A stretch of DNA of 64,000 nucleotides from an uncultured Thermoleophilia bacterium (lineage in GTDB: Bacteria > Actinomycetota > Thermoleophilia > UBA2241), in NCBI GenBank assembly GCA_903927755.1, contig CAIYOD010000072.1, positions 53,254 through 117,253 on the forward strand, read 5' to 3'. Below, piece by piece: positions 42,761 through 51,837 of this stretch. Positions within the stretch are counted from its first letter, which is position 1, and every line of letters begins with the position of its first letter. The notes under the pieces were generated by a model. That model worked only from the letters and a program-made list of their open reading frames with translations, did not search any database and was not told where the DNA came from. The position numbers and the translations under genes were made by a program.

Positions 42761-43887
42761 GAAGGTCGTCCTTCGCCGGCTCCCCCGGGGCCGACCTCGA
42801 GCGAGGCCAGCTTGTCCAGGAAGAACTCGATCTCATCCTCTGTGCCCACGGTCACCCGGGCCCACCCTGGGCACCCGAGCGCGTTGCCGTCGCGCACGAT
42901 CGCCCCCATGGAGAGCAGCGTGCCGCAGACCTTGTCGTGCGGGTCGCAGAGGTCGTTCATCTCGACGAGCATGAAGTTCGCCTGGCTGGGCACCGTGGCA
43001 CGGCCGCGCGCCGCGAGGCGTTCGACCATCAGGTCGCGGAGCCTGGCGTTGGTCTCGCGGCGTTCCGCGACCCGGTCGGGGTGCTTGAGCGCCTCGACTG
43101 CCGCGAGCTGGCCGAGCAGGTTCACGTTGAACGGCTGGCGGACCTTGTCGACCGCCTGCTTGACCTCGGGCGCGCAGACACCGTAGCCGGTGCGCAGGCC
43201 GCAGAGGCCGTAGATCTTGGAGAAGGTGCGCAGGACGACGACGTTGTCGTGATCTTTCTGGATCGCGAGACAGCCCTCGCGGTCCGCCGCGGTCACGAAC
43301 TCGATGTACGCCTCGTCGATCACGACCATGACGTCGTCCGGCACCGTCTCGACCAGCCGCCGCACATCGGCCGAGGGGACGTACGTTCCCGTGGGGTTGT
43401 TCGGGTTGCACACGAAGATCAGCTTGGTCCGCGAGGTGACGGCTGCGGCCATGGCCTCGAGATCGTGGGTGTAGTCCACCAGCGGGACGACCACGGGCAC
43501 GGCGCCGCGGATGTCGATGACGTCGCGGTAGGACGTGAACGACGGCGCGGCCAGCACCACTTCGTCGCCGCGCTCCAGGGTGGCGTGTGCCAGCAGGTAG
43601 AGCAGTTCGCAGGTGCCGCAGCCGACCGTGATCTGCTCGGGGCTGCGGTCGTGCTGGGCGGCGACGGCCTCGCGCAGGTCGGTGGAGAAGCCGTCCGGAT
43701 ACCGCTGCAGGCGGTCCAGGGCGCCGATGACCACTTCTTTCACCTCGGGGAACGGCGGCAGCGGGAACTCGTTCGACGCGAGCTTGACGACCTGCTCCAG
43801 GCCGAAACGCCGCTGCACCACCTCGATGGGGAGTCCGGGTTGGTACGGGACGATGCCGGCGAGCTCCGGGATGAAGCGGACGGTCAT
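42757..43887 (-). CDS. hisC: histidinol-phosphate / aromatic-amino-acid aminotransferase (class II PLP enzyme)
   Basis: 376 aa. PLP lysine in RTFSKIYGLCGLRTGY. Context with tyrA and aroF suggests aromatic amino-acid synthesis. Confidence 0.8.
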   Translation of the reverse strand: MTVRFIPELAGIVPYQPGLPIEVVQRRFGLEQVVKLASNEFPLPPFPEVKEVVIGALDRLQRYPDGFSTDLREAVAAQHDRSPEQITVGCGTCELLYLLAHATLERGDEVVLAAPSFTSYRDVIDIRGAVPVVVPLVDYTHDLEAMAAAVTSRTKLIFVCNPNNPTGTYVPSADVRRLVETVPDDVMVVIDEAYIEFVTAADREGCLAIQKDHDNVVVLRTFSKIYGLCGLRTGYGVCAPEVKQAVDKVRQPFNVNLLGQLAAVEALKHPDRVAERRETNARLRDLMVERLAARGRATVPSQANFMLVEMNDLCDPHDKVCGTLLSMGAIVRDGNALGCPGWARVTVGTEDEIEFFLDKLASLEVGPGGAGEGRPS

Positions 43888-43959
43888 GGCGTCACTCCGA
43901 GCGATCGGGGCGCGCTCGCGGCGCGCCGGACATGCACTGCGACTGCAAGAGTATACATA

Positions 43960-44958
43960 TCAGGTGTCGTCGCCGGCCCGCGGCATGTCCGGCTCCCCGG
44001 ACGGCTCCGCGAGGGCGTCCGACGGGCCGGACTCGCCGGACCGGCCATCGCTCTCGACACGCTCGTCGCTCTCGGCCGGGCCGGCATCGAACGGCTGCGG
44101 TTCTCCCTGCTCCGCCGCGCTCGCGGCGTCCGCGAGGAGCGCCGCCTCGGGGCTGAGCGGCGCGGCCACCGCATCGACCTCGGCGGCCAGCATGAGGGGC
44201 GGTCCTTCGACTTCCTTGGCTACCTCGCCGGCCACCTCTTCCCCGGCTCGCCGCAGCGATTCGACCTCGTCGCCGCTGAGCTCGCGGAAGCCGCCGGGCT
44301 CGAGCCCCTTGTCCGTGAGCGGACCGTAGCGGCGGCGGCTGAGCTCCTCCACGGGCAGACCGACGGAGAGGAACATGCGCCGCACCTGGCGCTTGCGGCC
44401 CTCGTGGATGGTGATCTCGACGAGGGCCGTCTTCGCACTCTGCTTCTTGAGCTTGACGTCTGCGGGGGACGTCGGGCCGTCCTCGAGGTCCACGCCCTGG
44501 CGCAGCGTGCCGAGCGCGCGCCGGCTGACCTTGCCGCGCACACGCGCGACGTACGTCTTGGGCACGCCGTACCGGGGATGCATGAGGCGATTGGCCAGCA
44601 CCCCGTCGTTGGTGAGGATGATGAGCCCCGTCGTGTCGACGTCCAGGCGGCCGACCGGGAACAGGGCGCGGCCGTTCGGCACCATGTCGACGATCACGCG
44701 ATCGGCGTGCGGGTCGCTGCGCGTGCTGGCGACCCCTCGCGGCTTGTTGACCAGGAAGTAGCGCAGCTCGCGGGCGCTGACCGGCTCGCCGCGCACCGCG
44801 ACCACGTCCTCAGGCGTGACCTTCTGGCGGGGAAACGTGACCACCTCGTCGTTCACCGTCACGACGCCTTCGCGGATGAGCTCGTCGCACGAACGGCGCG
44901 AGCCGACGCCGGCGCGCGCGAGGTAGACGACCAGGTTCATGGGCGGGGCAGGGCTCAT
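43960..44958 (-). CDS. rluB: 23S rRNA pseudouridine synthase RluB (RsuA family) with acidic C-terminal tail
   Basis: S4 domain followed by FPVGRLDVDTTGLIILTNDG. About 90 aa of acidic low-complexity C-terminus. ATG overlaps the scpB stop. Confidence 0.88.
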   Translation of the reverse strand: MSPAPPMNLVVYLARAGVGSRRSCDELIREGVVTVNDEVVTFPRQKVTPEDVVAVRGEPVSARELRYFLVNKPRGVASTRSDPHADRVIVDMVPNGRALFPVGRLDVDTTGLIILTNDGVLANRLMHPRYGVPKTYVARVRGKVSRRALGTLRQGVDLEDGPTSPADVKLKKQSAKTALVEITIHEGRKRQVRRMFLSVGLPVEELSRRRYGPLTDKGLEPGGFRELSGDEVESLRRAGEEVAGEVAKEVEGPPLMLAAEVDAVAAPLSPEAALLADAASAAEQGEPQPFDAGPAESDERVESDGRSGESGPSDALAEPSGEPDMPRAGDDT

Positions 44959-45530
44959 TGGGCCCTCCTCTCGGCGTTTGCATGGAGCCGGGAGCGGATC
45001 TCGTCGACTTCGTCGGCGCCCAGCGAGAACTCCTCCAGCGGCGGCAGCTCGTTGCGGCTGGTGAGTCCGAACAATCTCAGGAAGCGCTCTCCGGTACCGT
45101 AGAGGACCGGCGCGCCCGGCGTGTCGGCGCGGCCTTGCTGCTCCACGAGGCCGCGCTCCTCCAGCGCTCCAAGCGCATACTCGGACGAGACGCCGCGGAC
45201 TTCGGCGATCTCGGCCCGGGTGACGGGCTCGAGGTAGGCGACCACGGCAAGCGTCTCCAGGAGCGCCGGCGTGAGCTCGTCGGGCTTCTCCGCGCCCGTG
45301 AACCTGCGGACGTCCTCGGCGCAGTCGTCGGCGACGGCGAACGTGACCCCTCCGGCGACGTCACGGATCTCGATGCCGTGCACTCCGGTGGCGTACTCGG
45401 TGCGCAGCGCCTGCAGCGCATCCGCCCCCTCCTCATCGGTGCACGCACACGCCTCGGCCAGCCTGTCGGCCGCGATGGGTCGCGAAGAGATGAAGAGCAG
45501 CGCCTCGAGGCGCCGTGCGAGTGGATGCAT
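44955..45530 (-). CDS. scpB: segregation and condensation protein B
   Basis: Start MHPLARRLEALLFISSRPIAADRLAEA, 191 aa, tandem winged-helix. Confidence 0.9.
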   Translation of the reverse strand: MHPLARRLEALLFISSRPIAADRLAEACACTDEEGADALQALRTEYATGVHGIEIRDVAGGVTFAVADDCAEDVRRFTGAEKPDELTPALLETLAVVAYLEPVTRAEIAEVRGVSSEYALGALEERGLVEQQGRADTPGAPVLYGTGERFLRLFGLTSRNELPPLEEFSLGADEVDEIRSRLHANAERRAQ

Positions 45531-45588
45531 GCCGGAGTCGGATCGGACGACGGGACGAGTCGATGCTACCGCACGGCGGCGGCCGGCG

Positions 45589-46365
45589 TCACCCGATGAC
45601 GGGCGCCGGCGCCGTGATGCGGCTGACCACGATGTCGCCGAAGTGCCGCGTCTGACGTAGACGGGCCTCACCGCTGGAGTGCAGTTCGAGCAGCGCGAAG
45701 AACGTGACCGCCCGCTCGAGCCTGCCCCGCGGAGCCACGGCCGCGAAGGTGAACTCGCCCTCGTCGTCGAGGATGAGCCTGAGGCGGCGAAGTTCCTTGA
45801 CGAGAGACACGGCCAGGTCGGCGAGGTGACTGGTGTCGGGGACCGGAGGCTCGCGCAGCAACGGGGTGAGTGCGTCCGCCAGCACGCCGGCTGAGAGCGC
45901 TCCGTCGACGACGCGCCGGCGCAGCAGCCCGGCTGGGACCGGCGCGTGGCGGTAGAGGCGCGCGCTGTGTTCCTCCCACGCCGTCCGGAGCGAGCCGGCG
46001 GCGTTGCGGAACTGGCTGTAGCGGACGAGCCGCTCAAGCAGCTGACGCGCCGCCTCGTCGGGGTCCAGATCCTCGAACTCCTCCTCGACATCCTCCTCCA
46101 GCAGGAGGCGCGACTTCATCTCGAGCAGCGCGGCGACGAGCACCACGAACTGCGAGGTCGCGTCGAGGTCGAACTCACCCGTGTCGGCCAGATGGACGAC
46201 GTACTCCGCGATGATCCGCGAGACGCGGACCTCCCAGATGTCGATCTCGTCACGCAGGATCAGCGTGACCAGCAGGTCGAACGGTCCGTCGAAGACGTCG
46301 AGGTCGAGCTCGAGCATCACGGGAGGTGCGGCGACGGCGCTGGCCTCAGCACGCATCGCCGTCAC
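45589..46365 (-). CDS. scpA: segregation and condensation protein A (kleisin)
   Basis: 258 aa. ScpA-type kleisin N-terminus, FDGPFDLLVTLILRDEIDIWEVRVSRI. Confidence 0.9.
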   Translation of the reverse strand: MTAMRAEASAVAAPPVMLELDLDVFDGPFDLLVTLILRDEIDIWEVRVSRIIAEYVVHLADTGEFDLDATSQFVVLVAALLEMKSRLLLEEDVEEEFEDLDPDEAARQLLERLVRYSQFRNAAGSLRTAWEEHSARLYRHAPVPAGLLRRRVVDGALSAGVLADALTPLLREPPVPDTSHLADLAVSLVKELRRLRLILDDEGEFTFAAVAPRGRLERAVTFFALLELHSSGEARLRQTRHFGDIVVSRITAPAPVIG

Positions 46366-46388
46366 CTCCGCTCTTGACCATGCTCTTC

Positions 46389-47588
46389 CTAGTCTTCCGG
46401 CTGATTGACGAACGACGGGATGTCGAAGTCGTTGTCGTCGAACCGCGGCGCGGGACCGAAGAGCGGACCGCGCTCAGGCTTGGGCTCGGCTTTGGGGGCG
46501 GGGCCGCGGCTCTCGGGGCTCCGCGGCGGCGCCTGCGCGTGTCTCACGTCGTCACCGAACCCGGTGGCCACGACGGTGATGGAGATCTTGCCCTCGAGCT
46601 TCTCGTCGACCACGGCGCCGAAGATGATGTTGGCGTCGTCGTCGGCCGCCTCGCTGATGACGCCGGCGGCCTCGTTGACCTCGAAGAGCGTGAGGTCCTC
46701 GCCGCCGGTGATGTTGAGCAGCAGCCCGCGCGCGCCCTCGATGCTCGTCTCGAGGAGCGGCGAGTGGATCGCCATGTCGGCGGCGGCTTGGGCACGGTTC
46801 TCGCCGCCGGCGACGCCGATGCCGAGCAGGGCGGTGCCGGCGTCGTGCACGATCGTGCGCACGTCGGCGAAGTCCAGGTTGATGAGACCCGGCACGGTGA
46901 TGAGGTCGGTCACGCCCTGCACGCCCTGCCGCAGGATGTCGTCCGCGTGCTGGAACGCCTCGACGACGCTCGCATTGCGCTCGACGACGTCCAGCAGGCG
47001 ATCGTTGGGAATGGAGATGACCGTGTCGGCCACCTCCCGCAGCGCGTCGATACCGTCGAGCGCCTGGCGCTGGCGGCGATTGCCCTCGAAACCGAAGGGC
47101 TTGGTGACGATGGCGATGGTGACGGCGCCGAGCTCTCTGGCGATCTGCGCCACGACGGGCGCGCCGCCGGTGCCCGTGCCGCCGCCTTCGCCGGCGGTCA
47201 CAAAGACCAGATCGGCGCCGCGCAGTGCGGCCTTGAGCTGGTCGCGGCTGACTTCCATGGCCTCACGGCCGACTTCGGGATCGGCTCCGCCGCCGAGTCC
47301 GTGCGTGATCTCCTGCCCGATGTGGATCTTGACGTCCGCATCGCACACGTCGAGCTGCTGCACGTCGGTGTTGACGGCGATGAACTCGACGCCCTTGACG
47401 CCGGAGTCGACCATCCGGTTCACGGCGTTGGTGCCGGCGCCGCCGATGCCGACCACCTTGATGGTCGTCACGTACGGCCGGCCCTTGACTGGAGCGTCCG
47501 CGCCCGCGGCATCCGGGATAGACCCGCCGCTGTCGGTGCGCCGGAAGAGCTCGCTCAGTCCATCCTTCATGCTAGGACGATCTGCCAT
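46389..47588 (-). CDS. ftsZ: cell-division GTPase FtsZ
   Basis: 399 aa. Motifs IKVVGIGGAGTNAVNRM and GGGTGTG, the NTD and T7 loop, and a C-terminal conserved peptide DIPSFVNQ. About 40 aa N-terminal extension. Confidence 0.95.
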   Translation of the reverse strand: MADRPSMKDGLSELFRRTDSGGSIPDAAGADAPVKGRPYVTTIKVVGIGGAGTNAVNRMVDSGVKGVEFIAVNTDVQQLDVCDADVKIHIGQEITHGLGGGADPEVGREAMEVSRDQLKAALRGADLVFVTAGEGGGTGTGGAPVVAQIARELGAVTIAIVTKPFGFEGNRRQRQALDGIDALREVADTVISIPNDRLLDVVERNASVVEAFQHADDILRQGVQGVTDLITVPGLINLDFADVRTIVHDAGTALLGIGVAGGENRAQAAADMAIHSPLLETSIEGARGLLLNITGGEDLTLFEVNEAAGVISEAADDDANIIFGAVVDEKLEGKISITVVATGFGDDVRHAQAPPRSPESRGPAPKAEPKPERGPLFGPAPRFDDNDFDIPSFVNQPED

Positions 47589-48330
47589 TCAGCACCTCCC
47601 GCGCGAGGGCGCGGTACGATTCTGCTCCCCTGCCTTTGGGATCGTACTTGAGCACCGAGGAGCCCGTCACGGGCGCCTCGGCGAACTTGATGGTCTTGCG
47701 CACGACGGTGTCGAAGACGAGGTCGCCGAAGTTCTCGCGCAGGACCTCGATCGACTCCTTGCCGTGGTGGGTGCGCGCGTCGAACAACGTCGGCAGGATG
47801 CCCTGGATGCGCACGTCCGGGTTGAGGTTCTCGCGGATCATCTCCAGCGTCTTCTCCAGCTGCAGCAGCCCGCGCAGCGAGAGGTACTCGCACTGCACAG
47901 GCACGATGACCCCCTCGGAGGCGGTCAGCGCGTTGATCGTGAGCAGCCCCAGAGACGGCGGCGTGTCGATGAGGATGTAGTCGTACTTGTCGCGGACGGC
48001 GTCGAGGGCGCGCTGCAGAGCCCGCTCGCGCCCGATCATCGTGGCCAGGGCCATCTCCGCACCGGCCAGGTCGATGGTGGAGGCGGCGACGTCCAGTTCG
48101 CGCTCGTAGATGACGTCCTCGATGGGCGTCCGGTGCACGAGGACGTCGTACATGCTCTTCTCGAGGCCCTCGGTGTCGATGCCCTGGCTCATGGTCAGGT
48201 TGCCCTGGGGGTCCATGTCGACGGCGAGCACGCGCAAGTCGTGCTCGCGGAGGGCCGCGCCGAGGTTCACCGTCGAGGTGGTCTTGGCCACCCCACCCTT
48301 CTGATTGGCGAACGCGAGAACATGCGCCAT
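47572..48330 (-). CDS. orphan ParA/Soj-family ATPase
   Basis: 252 aa. Deviant Walker A NQKGGVAKTT. Position upstream of scpA matches M. tuberculosis Rv1708. Confidence 0.88.
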   Translation of the reverse strand: MAHVLAFANQKGGVAKTTSTVNLGAALREHDLRVLAVDMDPQGNLTMSQGIDTEGLEKSMYDVLVHRTPIEDVIYERELDVAASTIDLAGAEMALATMIGRERALQRALDAVRDKYDYILIDTPPSLGLLTINALTASEGVIVPVQCEYLSLRGLLQLEKTLEMIRENLNPDVRIQGILPTLFDARTHHGKESIEVLRENFGDLVFDTVVRKTIKFAEAPVTGSSVLKYDPKGRGAESYRALAREVLNGRSS

Positions 48331-48390
48331 GTGAGCGTTACCCCTGTGTCGAGTCCACGTCAGAACGCAGTTCGGGCCGCAGGCAAGAAT

Positions 48391-48420
48391 CCCTGCATGA
48401 GACGGGCCCCGCAGCGTCTG
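48391..48420 (-). terminator. probable terminator hairpin downstream of yajC
   Basis: RNA reads GGGCCCCGCAG-acg-CUGCGGGGCCC, an 11-bp perfect stem. No clean U-tract. Confidence 0.5.
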
Positions 48421-48471
48421 CGGGGCCCGTGGTCACACGCTGCGTCCTGGTCGGTGCCGGGGACGGCGGCG

Positions 48472-48933
48472 TCACGCCTTGGGAGCCTCCGGTGCATCCG
48501 GTGCATCGGGCGTCTCGTCGGTGGCTTCGTCGGCCGTCTCTTCCACGACTTCATCGTCCTCGACGACATCCTCGTCGTCCTCGACGTACTCCTCGTCGGC
48601 CACCTCGGTGACATCCTCTTCGGCGGCCTCGATGTACTCGTCCTCTTCCTCTTCTTCGTCGTACTCATCGATGCTGGTGATCGACGAGATGGCGCGCTTC
48701 AGGTAGCGGACCTTGGTGCGTTTGGCGACCTCGAGCTCTACCCAGTCGTCGCCGATGCCGCTGATGGTCCCGAACATGCCGCCGATGGTGACCACCTCGT
48801 CACCCTTCTTGAGCATGCTCACCATCTCGGCGTGCTGCTGCTTCTGACGGCGCTGCGGGCGGATCGCGAGGAAGTAGAAGATCCCGAAGAAAACGAGGAT
48901 CCAGATAATGATCGTGAACGACACGGACCTCAA
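48472..48933 (-). CDS. yajC: preprotein translocase subunit YajC with long acidic C-terminal extension
   Basis: N-terminal 90 aa is typical YajC (a single transmembrane segment plus the KKGDEVVTIGGMFGTI region). The C-terminal 60 aa is about 60% Asp/Glu. Confidence 0.88.
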   Translation of the reverse strand: MRSVSFTIIIWILVFFGIFYFLAIRPQRRQKQQHAEMVSMLKKGDEVVTIGGMFGTISGIGDDWVELEVAKRTKVRYLKRAISSITSIDEYDEEEEEDEYIEAAEEDVTEVADEEYVEDDEDVVEDDEVVEETADEATDETPDAPDAPEAPKA

Positions 48934-50051
48934 CCTCCTGCGGAGTCTCGCCCCGCAACGTCGTTGGCGAATTCTGCAAAACGCCCGGCGCTGATGGCGC
49001 GGCGGGCGTCGCTGGTCAATCTTAGCAGAACGCGCAGGTTGTGAAGACTCAGGAGCTGCGCGCCCAACATCTCTTTCTGCGTGACGAGATGGCGCAGGTA
49101 CGAGCGGGTGAACGTGCGGCAGGTGTAGCAGTCGCAGCCGTCCTCGAGCGCCGCGAGATCGGCGGCGAACCGGGCGTTGCGCAGATTCAGCCGCCCCCCG
49201 CCGCGCAGGAGCGCCGTCCCCGTGCGCGCCATGCGCGTCGGGAACACGCAGTCGAAGACGTCGACGCCCCGGGCGATCACGTCGAGGATGCCGACGGGGT
49301 CTCCGATGCCCATGAAGTAGCGAAGCCTGTCCCTCGGCAGCAGTTCGTCCATGAGCTCGACCGTGGAGAGCATCTCTTCTCCGCGCTCACCGACGCTGAG
49401 GCCACCGATGGCGTAGGCATCGAAGCCGACGCCGGTGATCTCGGCGGCCGACCGGCGCCGCAACGCCTCGTCGGCGCCACCCTGCACGATCCCCACGAGG
49501 AGCTGGTCGCGGCGGCCGTGCGCCTCTTTGCAGGCCGCCGCCCAGCGGGTGGTGCGCTCCACGGCGGCCTCGAGCTCCGCGCGCGGCAGCGTGCCGGGCG
49601 CGCACTGGTCGAACGCCATGATGACGTCCGCGCCGAGTTCCTCCTGGATGCGCATCGCGAGCTGAGGAGTGAACACGTGACGCGACCCGTCGTAGACGGA
49701 GCTGAACTCGACCCCGTCCTCGCGCATCACTCGCGTGCCCTCGAGGCTGAAGACCTGGAACCCTCCGGAATCCGTGAGGATCGGCCCGTCCCACTGCATG
49801 AACCCGTGGAGCCCACCGTGCGCCCCGACGATCTCGGTGCCGGGGCGGAAGTACAGGTGGTACGTATTGCCGAGGACGATCTGGGCGCCAAGCTCCCGTA
49901 GCTCGCGAGGCTCTACGGCCTTGACGGTCGCCTTGGTGCCCACGGGCATGAAGCACGGCGTCTCGACCACCCCGTGCGGCGTGGTCAGGCGGCCGGCGCG
50001 GGCGGCTCCGTCGCGCGCCTCGACCTCGAAGGCGAACCCTTCCGCCGTCAT
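48930..50051 (-). CDS. tgt: queuine tRNA-ribosyltransferase
   Basis: Start MTAEGFAFEVEARDGAARAGRLTTPHGVVETPCFMPVGT. Zinc site CxCxxC...H. Confidence 0.93.
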   Translation of the reverse strand: MTAEGFAFEVEARDGAARAGRLTTPHGVVETPCFMPVGTKATVKAVEPRELRELGAQIVLGNTYHLYFRPGTEIVGAHGGLHGFMQWDGPILTDSGGFQVFSLEGTRVMREDGVEFSSVYDGSRHVFTPQLAMRIQEELGADVIMAFDQCAPGTLPRAELEAAVERTTRWAAACKEAHGRRDQLLVGIVQGGADEALRRRSAAEITGVGFDAYAIGGLSVGERGEEMLSTVELMDELLPRDRLRYFMGIGDPVGILDVIARGVDVFDCVFPTRMARTGTALLRGGGRLNLRNARFAADLAALEDGCDCYTCRTFTRSYLRHLVTQKEMLGAQLLSLHNLRVLLRLTSDARRAISAGRFAEFANDVAGRDSAGG

Positions 50052-50164
50052 CGGCGCGCTGCGGACCGGCGCTGGCGCGTCGCGCCGGTCGACGGCTTCG
50101 CCACGTCGGCTGTGGACGGGCGATGCGGCGTCGCGCCCGTCGATGCCTTCGCTACGTCGGGTAT

Positions 50165-51232
50165 TCACAGCGCCAGCATGGCGTCGCCGAAGCTGTAGAA
50201 GCGGTAGCCGCCGGTCACCGCGTGGCGGTACGCCGCCCGCGTCTCGTCGACGCCGCAGAACGCCATCACGAGCGCGAGCAGGCTCGTGCGTGGCAGGTGG
50301 AAGTTGGTCACGAGCCCGTCGACCATGCGGAACGGGAAGCCGGGGCGGATGAAGAGCCGCGTGTCACCCCGCAGAGGCGCGCCACCTTCCCCGGTCGCTC
50401 CCTGAAGCGTCAGGTGCTCCAGCACGCGCATCGAGGTCGTGCCGACGGCGACGATGCGCCGTCCGTCCCGGCGCGCCTCGAGGAGGCGCGCCCAAGCGGC
50501 CGGCTCCACCTCGAAGGATTCGCTGTGGAGCGCGACCGTCTCCAGCGGGCCTTCCGGCAGCGGCTTGAAGGTCCCGAGGCCGACGTGCAGGGTCACGCTC
50601 TCGAAAGAGATGCCGGTCGCAGCGAGCGCGGCATCCAGTTCCGGCGTGAAGTGCAGGCCGGCAGTCGGCGCCGCCGCGGACCCGAGCTTGCAGGAATACG
50701 TGGTCTGATAGCGCTCGGGATCCTCCAGGGGCGCCGTGATGTACGGCGGCAGCGGCGTCACGCCGGCGCCGGCGAGCATCTCGAGGACCGGCGCCGGACT
50801 CAGGCTCTCCACCACCCAGCGGCCGTCGCCCAGCGGCTCGATGCAGCGCAGCGGCCACTCCGGCCCCATCGCCTCGCTCTCGAGCACCTCTTCGCGCCGC
50901 GGCCTGCCGCGCAGCAGCGCCTCCCACCGCTCACCGGACGGCGACGGCCCGGTCAGCGCGCAGAGGAACAGCACCTCGATGCGCCCGCCGGTCGCCCGGT
51001 GGAAGAAGCTGCGCGCCGGAAAGACGCGGGTGTCGTTGCGCACCACCACGTCGCCGTCCCGAAGCAGTGAGGGCAGCTCGGAGAAGACGCGATCCTCGAT
51101 CGCGCCGCTCGAGCGCCCGATCACGAGAAGGCGCGACGAATCGCGCGGTTCCGCAGGTGTCTGGGCGATCAGCTCGACCGGAAGCTCGTACTCGAGATCG
51201 GCCGGCGTGAGGCCGGTGGTCTCGTCGCTCAC
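50165..51232 (-). CDS. queA: S-adenosylmethionine:tRNA ribosyltransferase-isomerase
   Basis: GTG start with GGAGGA five nt upstream. The GTGA junction overlaps the queH stop. 355 aa. Confidence 0.92.
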   Translation of the reverse strand: MSDETTGLTPADLEYELPVELIAQTPAEPRDSSRLLVIGRSSGAIEDRVFSELPSLLRDGDVVVRNDTRVFPARSFFHRATGGRIEVLFLCALTGPSPSGERWEALLRGRPRREEVLESEAMGPEWPLRCIEPLGDGRWVVESLSPAPVLEMLAGAGVTPLPPYITAPLEDPERYQTTYSCKLGSAAAPTAGLHFTPELDAALAATGISFESVTLHVGLGTFKPLPEGPLETVALHSESFEVEPAAWARLLEARRDGRRIVAVGTTSMRVLEHLTLQGATGEGGAPLRGDTRLFIRPGFPFRMVDGLVTNFHLPRTSLLALVMAFCGVDETRAAYRHAVTGGYRFYSFGDAMLAL

Positions 51233-51795
51233 TCCGTCCTCCGCCGCGCGCGACGCTCGTGCCACGCCTCCCACTTGCCGGCGGCGCAGCCGCAGTAGGG
51301 CTGGCGATAGAGTTCGAGGCGGCGGCTCTCCGCATAGCTCTCGCGGAAGCGGTCGCGGGCGTCCAGGTAGACGAAGTCGACGCCGTGGGTGTCGGCTGCG
51401 GCCTCGCCCGCGGCGATGATGAGGTCGTGACGCTGATACGGGCTCACGGTCAGCGTGGTCGAGAAGCGCGTGAACCCGAGCTCGCGGGCCGCTCCGCCGG
51501 CAGCCTGCAGCCGCAGGCCGAGACACGCGGCGCAGCGCGCTTGGGGCGCGCTGGTGGCGAGCGTCTCCCGCCACGCGGTCCACTCGGGTGCCTCTTCCCC
51601 GCGGCCCACGATGAGCTCGAGGCCGGCCGCCCGGCTGAAGCGCCGCATGCTCTCGCGGCGGCGCTCCAGCTCGGCGACCGGCTGGATGTTCGGGTTCTCG
51701 AACCAGCCCACGGGCTCGACCCCGCGCTCTCGCCAGGCGGGAACGGCGACGGTCGAGCACGGCCCGCAGCAGGTGTGAAGGAGCAGATCGGTCAT
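51229..51795 (-). CDS. queH: epoxyqueuosine reductase QueH (DUF208)
   Basis: 188 aa, MTDLLLHTCCGPCS... conserved Cys-rich motifs. Confidence 0.85.
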   Translation of the reverse strand: MTDLLLHTCCGPCSTVAVPAWRERGVEPVGWFENPNIQPVAELERRRESMRRFSRAAGLELIVGRGEEAPEWTAWRETLATSAPQARCAACLGLRLQAAGGAARELGFTRFSTTLTVSPYQRHDLIIAAGEAAADTHGVDFVYLDARDRFRESYAESRRLELYRQPYCGCAAGKWEAWHERRARRRTE

Positions 51796-51837
51796 CGGGC
51801 GAGTATAACGCGAGGCCTCCGGCGCACCGGCCGGGGG

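Noticed and set aside
50052-50164. Considered a preQ1 riboswitch upstream of tgt
   Set aside because: preQ1 riboswitches precede queCDEF or queT, not tgt. The element here is a duplicated DNA palindrome, not a compact pseudoknot aptamer. It is reported instead as a repeat/operator candidate.
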